A stretch of DNA of 37,724 nt from Candidatus Limnocylindrus sp. (GTDB taxonomy: Bacteria; Chloroflexota; Limnocylindria; Limnocylindrales; Limnocylindraceae). Below, piece after piece: positions 34,992 to 37,724 of the stretch (positions are counted from its first letter, which is position 1; every line of letters begins with the position of its first letter). The notes under the pieces were generated by a model. The model did not search any database. It was given only the letters and a program-made list of their open reading frames with translations, and was not told where the DNA came from. The translations under genes were made by a program, and so were the position numbers. Location of the stretch: the NCBI GenBank assembly GCA_044341795.1, contig JBIIRA010000001.1, positions 1-37,724 on the forward strand, written 5' to 3'.

Positions 34992-35846
34992 ATGGCGAAG
35001 GCAACCGTTGCGATCATCACCGACAGCGCATCGGATATTCCACCTGATGCGGCCAAGCGACTCGGCATCACCATCGTGCCGGTCATCGTCTCCTTCGGCT
35101 CTGAGAGCTTCAAGGTGAACGAGGAGCTCTCCATGGATCAGTTCTGGAAGCGACTCACCGCTCCAGGCGCACCGTTCCCAAAGACCGCGGCGCCGCCACC
35201 CGCCGCCTTTACCGCGGCCTACGACAAGGCATTCGCTGGCGGCGCAAAAGAGATCGTCTCGGTGCACGTGGCCTCGAAACTTTCGGCGACGTATCGAAAC
35301 GCCGAGATTGCGGCAGCGGACCATCCGCAGTCGAAGAACATTCATCTCGTTGACACCGCCACGGCATCGGCGGCCGAGGGGCTGCTGGTTGCGCGCGCCT
35401 ATCACCGCGCTGAAGAGGGCTGGAAGGCGCCACAGATTGTGGCTGAGCTCGGTGAGCTCATTCCGAAGACGCACGTGATCTTCTTCCTTGACTCGCTCGA
35501 CTACCTGAAGGCCGGCGGTCGCATTAGCCCAGCGCGAGCGGCGATTGGCGGACTCCTTTCGGTAAAGCCGATCATCGACATCATTGATGGCGAGGTCGTG
35601 ACGCTCGATAAGCCACGAACGTCGGCGAAGGCGCGCGAGCGCTTCATGGAGCTGATCAGCGCAGCACCAATTCAGGAGCTGACCATGCTGCACTCCGAGG
35701 CGCCCGACATTGAGGCGTTCCGCGACGAGGTCTGCGCTCGGTTCCCTGAGATCGCTGCTTTGAAGCCAGGGATCGTTCGAGCTGGTGCGGCCATTGGCCC
35801 ACACACCGGCCCGAAGGGTCTCGGCGTCGCACTGATCCGCGCCTAG
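34992..35846 (+). CDS. DegV family fatty-acid-binding protein
   Basis: 'VAIITDSASDIPPDAAKRLGITIVPV' and 'TAAPPPAAF', plus the overall 284-aa length, are typical of DegV. Confidence 0.85.
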   Translation: MAKATVAIITDSASDIPPDAAKRLGITIVPVIVSFGSESFKVNEELSMDQFWKRLTAPGAPFPKTAAPPPAAFTAAYDKAFAGGAKEIVSVHVASKLSATYRNAEIAAADHPQSKNIHLVDTATASAAEGLLVARAYHRAEEGWKAPQIVAELGELIPKTHVIFFLDSLDYLKAGGRISPARAAIGGLLSVKPIIDIIDGEVVTLDKPRTSAKARERFMELISAAPIQELTMLHSEAPDIEAFRDEVCARFPEIAALKPGIVRAGAAIGPHTGPKGLGVALIRA

Positions 35847-35991
35847 CTACAAACCCTCGCGCCGCCGCTCGGGCGGGAGCGCTCCGCAACCTGCGCGCAA
35901 CACCTTTTTGGGGCGCGTTGTAGGGTTGTCTGGATCGCCGCACGGCGGCCGCCAGGCACCCGCCAGGGCGGCAGAGGAGAGGTACAAAACG

Positions 35992-37242
35992 ATGAGTGGA
36001 CAGAAGAGCGCCTGGGCAGTTGCGCAGCAGCAGTTTGACCTTGCCGCAAAGCGGCTCGGCCTTGACTCCGGCATCGCTGCCGTCTTGCGCGAGCCGCGCC
36101 GACAGCTCACCGTGCACTTCCCTGTGCGCATGGATGACGGCACCACTCGAGTCTTCGAGGGGCACCGCGTGCAGCACAACCTCGGACGCGGTCCAGCGAA
36201 GGGCGGCATCCGCTTCCACCAGGACGTCAACATCGACGAGGTGAAGGCTCTCTCTATGTGGATGTCGTGGAAGTGTGCCGTGATGGATCTTCCCTATGGC
36301 GGCGGCAAGGGTGGCGTCACCGTTGACCCGAAGAAGTTGTCACTCGGCGAACTTGAGCGCCTGACACGACGCTTCACAACCGAAATCGCCGTCATCATTG
36401 GGCCTGAGTCCGATATTCCGGCGCCCGATGTGAACACCAACAGCCAGACGATGGCCTGGATGATGGACACCTATTCGATGCATGTTGGCTACACCGTTCC
36501 TGGTGTCGTCACCGGTAAGCCGATCGCGCTCGGCGGCTCGAAGGGCCGCAACGAGGCGACCGCACGCGGCGCAGTCTTCTGCATTCGCGAAGCGGCGGGC
36601 AAGATCAACCTGAACCTCAAGGGTGCGACGGTCGTGGTGCAGGGGTACGGCAACGCCGGATCCATTGCGGCGCGACTGATCAGCGAGCTCGGCTCAAAGG
36701 TCATCGCCGTCTCCGACAGCAGCGGTGGCATTCACAATCCAGCAGGGCTCGATCTGAACGCAGTTGACGCCCATAAGAAGAAGACCGGGAGCGTCGTTGG
36801 ATTTGCTGGCGCAACGCCGGTGAGCAACCAGGCGATCCTTGAGATCGCCTGCGACGTGCTGATCCCTGCGGCTCTGGAGAATCAGATCACCGCGGAGAAC
36901 GCGGCCAAGATCAAGACCAAGATCGTGGCTGAGGCGGCGAACGGTCCAACGACGCCGGAGGCGGACGACATCTTGTTCGCGAACGGCGCCATGGTGATCC
37001 CTGACATCCTCTGCAACGCAGGTGGTGTGACGGTGAGCTACTTCGAGTGGGTGCAGGACTTGAACCGCGACTTCTGGGAAGAGGAAGAGGTCAACGTTCG
37101 CCTTGAGAAGAAGATGGTTCGCGCCTTCCACGAGGTCTACGACATGGCCCAGAAGGAGAAGAGCCACCTGCGAACGGGTGCGTATCTCCTCTCGGTGCAG
37201 CGTGTTGCCGACGCCATGAAGGTGCGGGGTATCTACCCGTAA
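35992..37242 (+). CDS. gdhA: Glutamate dehydrogenase (Glu/Leu/Phe/Val dehydrogenase family)
   Basis: 'GPAKGGIRFH', 'LSMWMSWKCAVMDLPYGGGKGGV' (catalytic Lys region) and the Rossmann motif 'VVVQGYGNAGS' are present. The ATG at 35992 has GAGGAGAGG upstream. Confidence 0.9.
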   Translation: MSGQKSAWAVAQQQFDLAAKRLGLDSGIAAVLREPRRQLTVHFPVRMDDGTTRVFEGHRVQHNLGRGPAKGGIRFHQDVNIDEVKALSMWMSWKCAVMDLPYGGGKGGVTVDPKKLSLGELERLTRRFTTEIAVIIGPESDIPAPDVNTNSQTMAWMMDTYSMHVGYTVPGVVTGKPIALGGSKGRNEATARGAVFCIREAAGKINLNLKGATVVVQGYGNAGSIAARLISELGSKVIAVSDSSGGIHNPAGLDLNAVDAHKKKTGSVVGFAGATPVSNQAILEIACDVLIPAALENQITAENAAKIKTKIVAEAANGPTTPEADDILFANGAMVIPDILCNAGGVTVSYFEWVQDLNRDFWEEEEVNVRLEKKMVRAFHEVYDMAQKEKSHLRTGAYLLSVQRVADAMKVRGIYP

Positions 37243-37267
37243 ACCCCCTGCGCGCTAGGATGCGCAC

Positions 37268-37724
37268 ATGGCTGGCCTAGACCACGAAGAGCGCTTTCTC
37301 TTTCGCGAGGAGATCCTCGCGCTTGCCGCTGCGCTCACCGAGGGTTCGGCGCTCGATAACGTCGAGGACCTGCTCGTTGACCTGATCACCTCGAGCCACT
37401 TCGACGCCGAGGTGGTCACGCTGGAGCGCTCGTTGCAGGCGATGCTCGGCCAGCGCCAGGGCTCCACCCTGGTGACAGCGCTCACAGCAGCCCCCGAAGT
37501 CTTTGACGAGGTGACAGAGCTACGACTGCCGGCCGAGGTGGTTGATCGCCTCGCTGGGTGGCGCGCTCGCTTCGGCCTCGCCATTGATAACGCGCTCAGC
37601 TTCCTCTCGAACCCCGACGGCATTCAGGGGCACAACTTCACCACGCAAGTCGCACACGCCGACGATCGCCGAACGTTGCAGGGGCGACTCACCTTTGTGC
37701 GCTACAGCAACGAGTCGGAGTTCT
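37268..37724 (+). CDS. Hypothetical protein, 3'-truncated by the window end
   Basis: This ORF is absent from the supplied track because it has no stop in the window. I translated it by hand from the ATG at 37268 and found 152 codons with no stop. The N-terminus is 'MAGLDHEERFLFREEILALAAALTEGS...'. Third-codon positions are GC-rich. AGGA lies 8 nt upstream. The overlapping minus ORF (37255-37623) is Arg/Ser-rich junk. Confidence 0.55.
   Translation, partial: MAGLDHEERFLFREEILALAAALTEGSALDNVEDLLVDLITSSHFDAEVVTLERSLQAMLGQRQGSTLVTALTAAPEVFDEVTELRLPAEVVDRLAGWRARFGLAIDNALSFLSNPDGIQGHNFTTQVAHADDRRTLQGRLTFVRYSNESEF

Noticed and set aside
34971-35804. 277-aa ORF on the minus strand
   Set aside because: It is antisense to the DegV gene, which has diagnostic motifs and a proper Shine-Dalgarno sequence. 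The translation is Arg/Trp/Cys-rich and has no recognisable domain.
1-37724. Search for CRISPR arrays, IS elements, integrases, prophage genes, toxin-antitoxin pairs or reverse transcriptases
   Set aside because: No regularly spaced direct repeats were seen. No transposase, integrase, recombinase, reverse-transcriptase or helicase motifs were seen in any frame of the ORF track. No copy of the tRNA-His 3' end that would mark an integrated element was noticed.

Overview
This is a high-GC, tightly packed bacterial chromosomal segment. I judge GC content by eye at roughly 60-65%. I call about 37 protein genes and one tRNA-His. GTG and TTG starts are common, and many neighbouring genes share 4-nt start/stop overlaps. 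The style resembles Actinomycetota or Chloroflexota, but that is inference only. I saw no rRNA, CRISPR array, transposase, integrase or prophage signature.

Most of the content is housekeeping and nutrient scavenging:
- a CcsA/ResC-family cytochrome c biogenesis protein
- HAD-IIA phosphatase, a LysE exporter and an NDUFA9-like SDR
- leucyl aminopeptidase (M17), a coiled-coil M23 peptidase and aminopeptidase N (M1)
- GlgC, a nicotinate-PRTase-like enzyme, a class-III aminotransferase and a Nudix hydrolase
- an orphan MsiK/UgpC-like sugar ABC ATPase
- MFS transporters, BioY and an FGGY kinase
- a complete five-gene Opp/Dpp-type peptide ABC importer
- PdxH, DegV and glutamate dehydrogenase

The parts not explained by ordinary annotation are:
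1. A translationally coupled trio on the minus strand (30710-33588). It consists of a small, apparently leaderless Zn-ribbon protein, a 430-aa protein with a PD-(D/E)xK-nuclease-like core flanked by helical segments, and a 12-TM protein. This is my best candidate for an uncharacterised system.
2. A 2-oxoacid dehydrogenase E2 that is split into a stand-alone lipoyl-domain protein and a stand-alone catalytic domain. It has no subunit-binding domain and no E1 or E3 nearby, and it is coupled to pdxH.
3. A SpoOM/arrestin-like protein.
4. Two unknown membrane proteins coupled to pepN.
5. Unusual gene-boundary architecture: tRNA-His abuts an mRNA start, divergent start codons lie 6 bp apart, three convergent gene pairs share their stop codons, and a 13-bp perfect hairpin lies inside the peptide-transporter operon.

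All functional calls come from reading motifs in the supplied translations. No database search was run.
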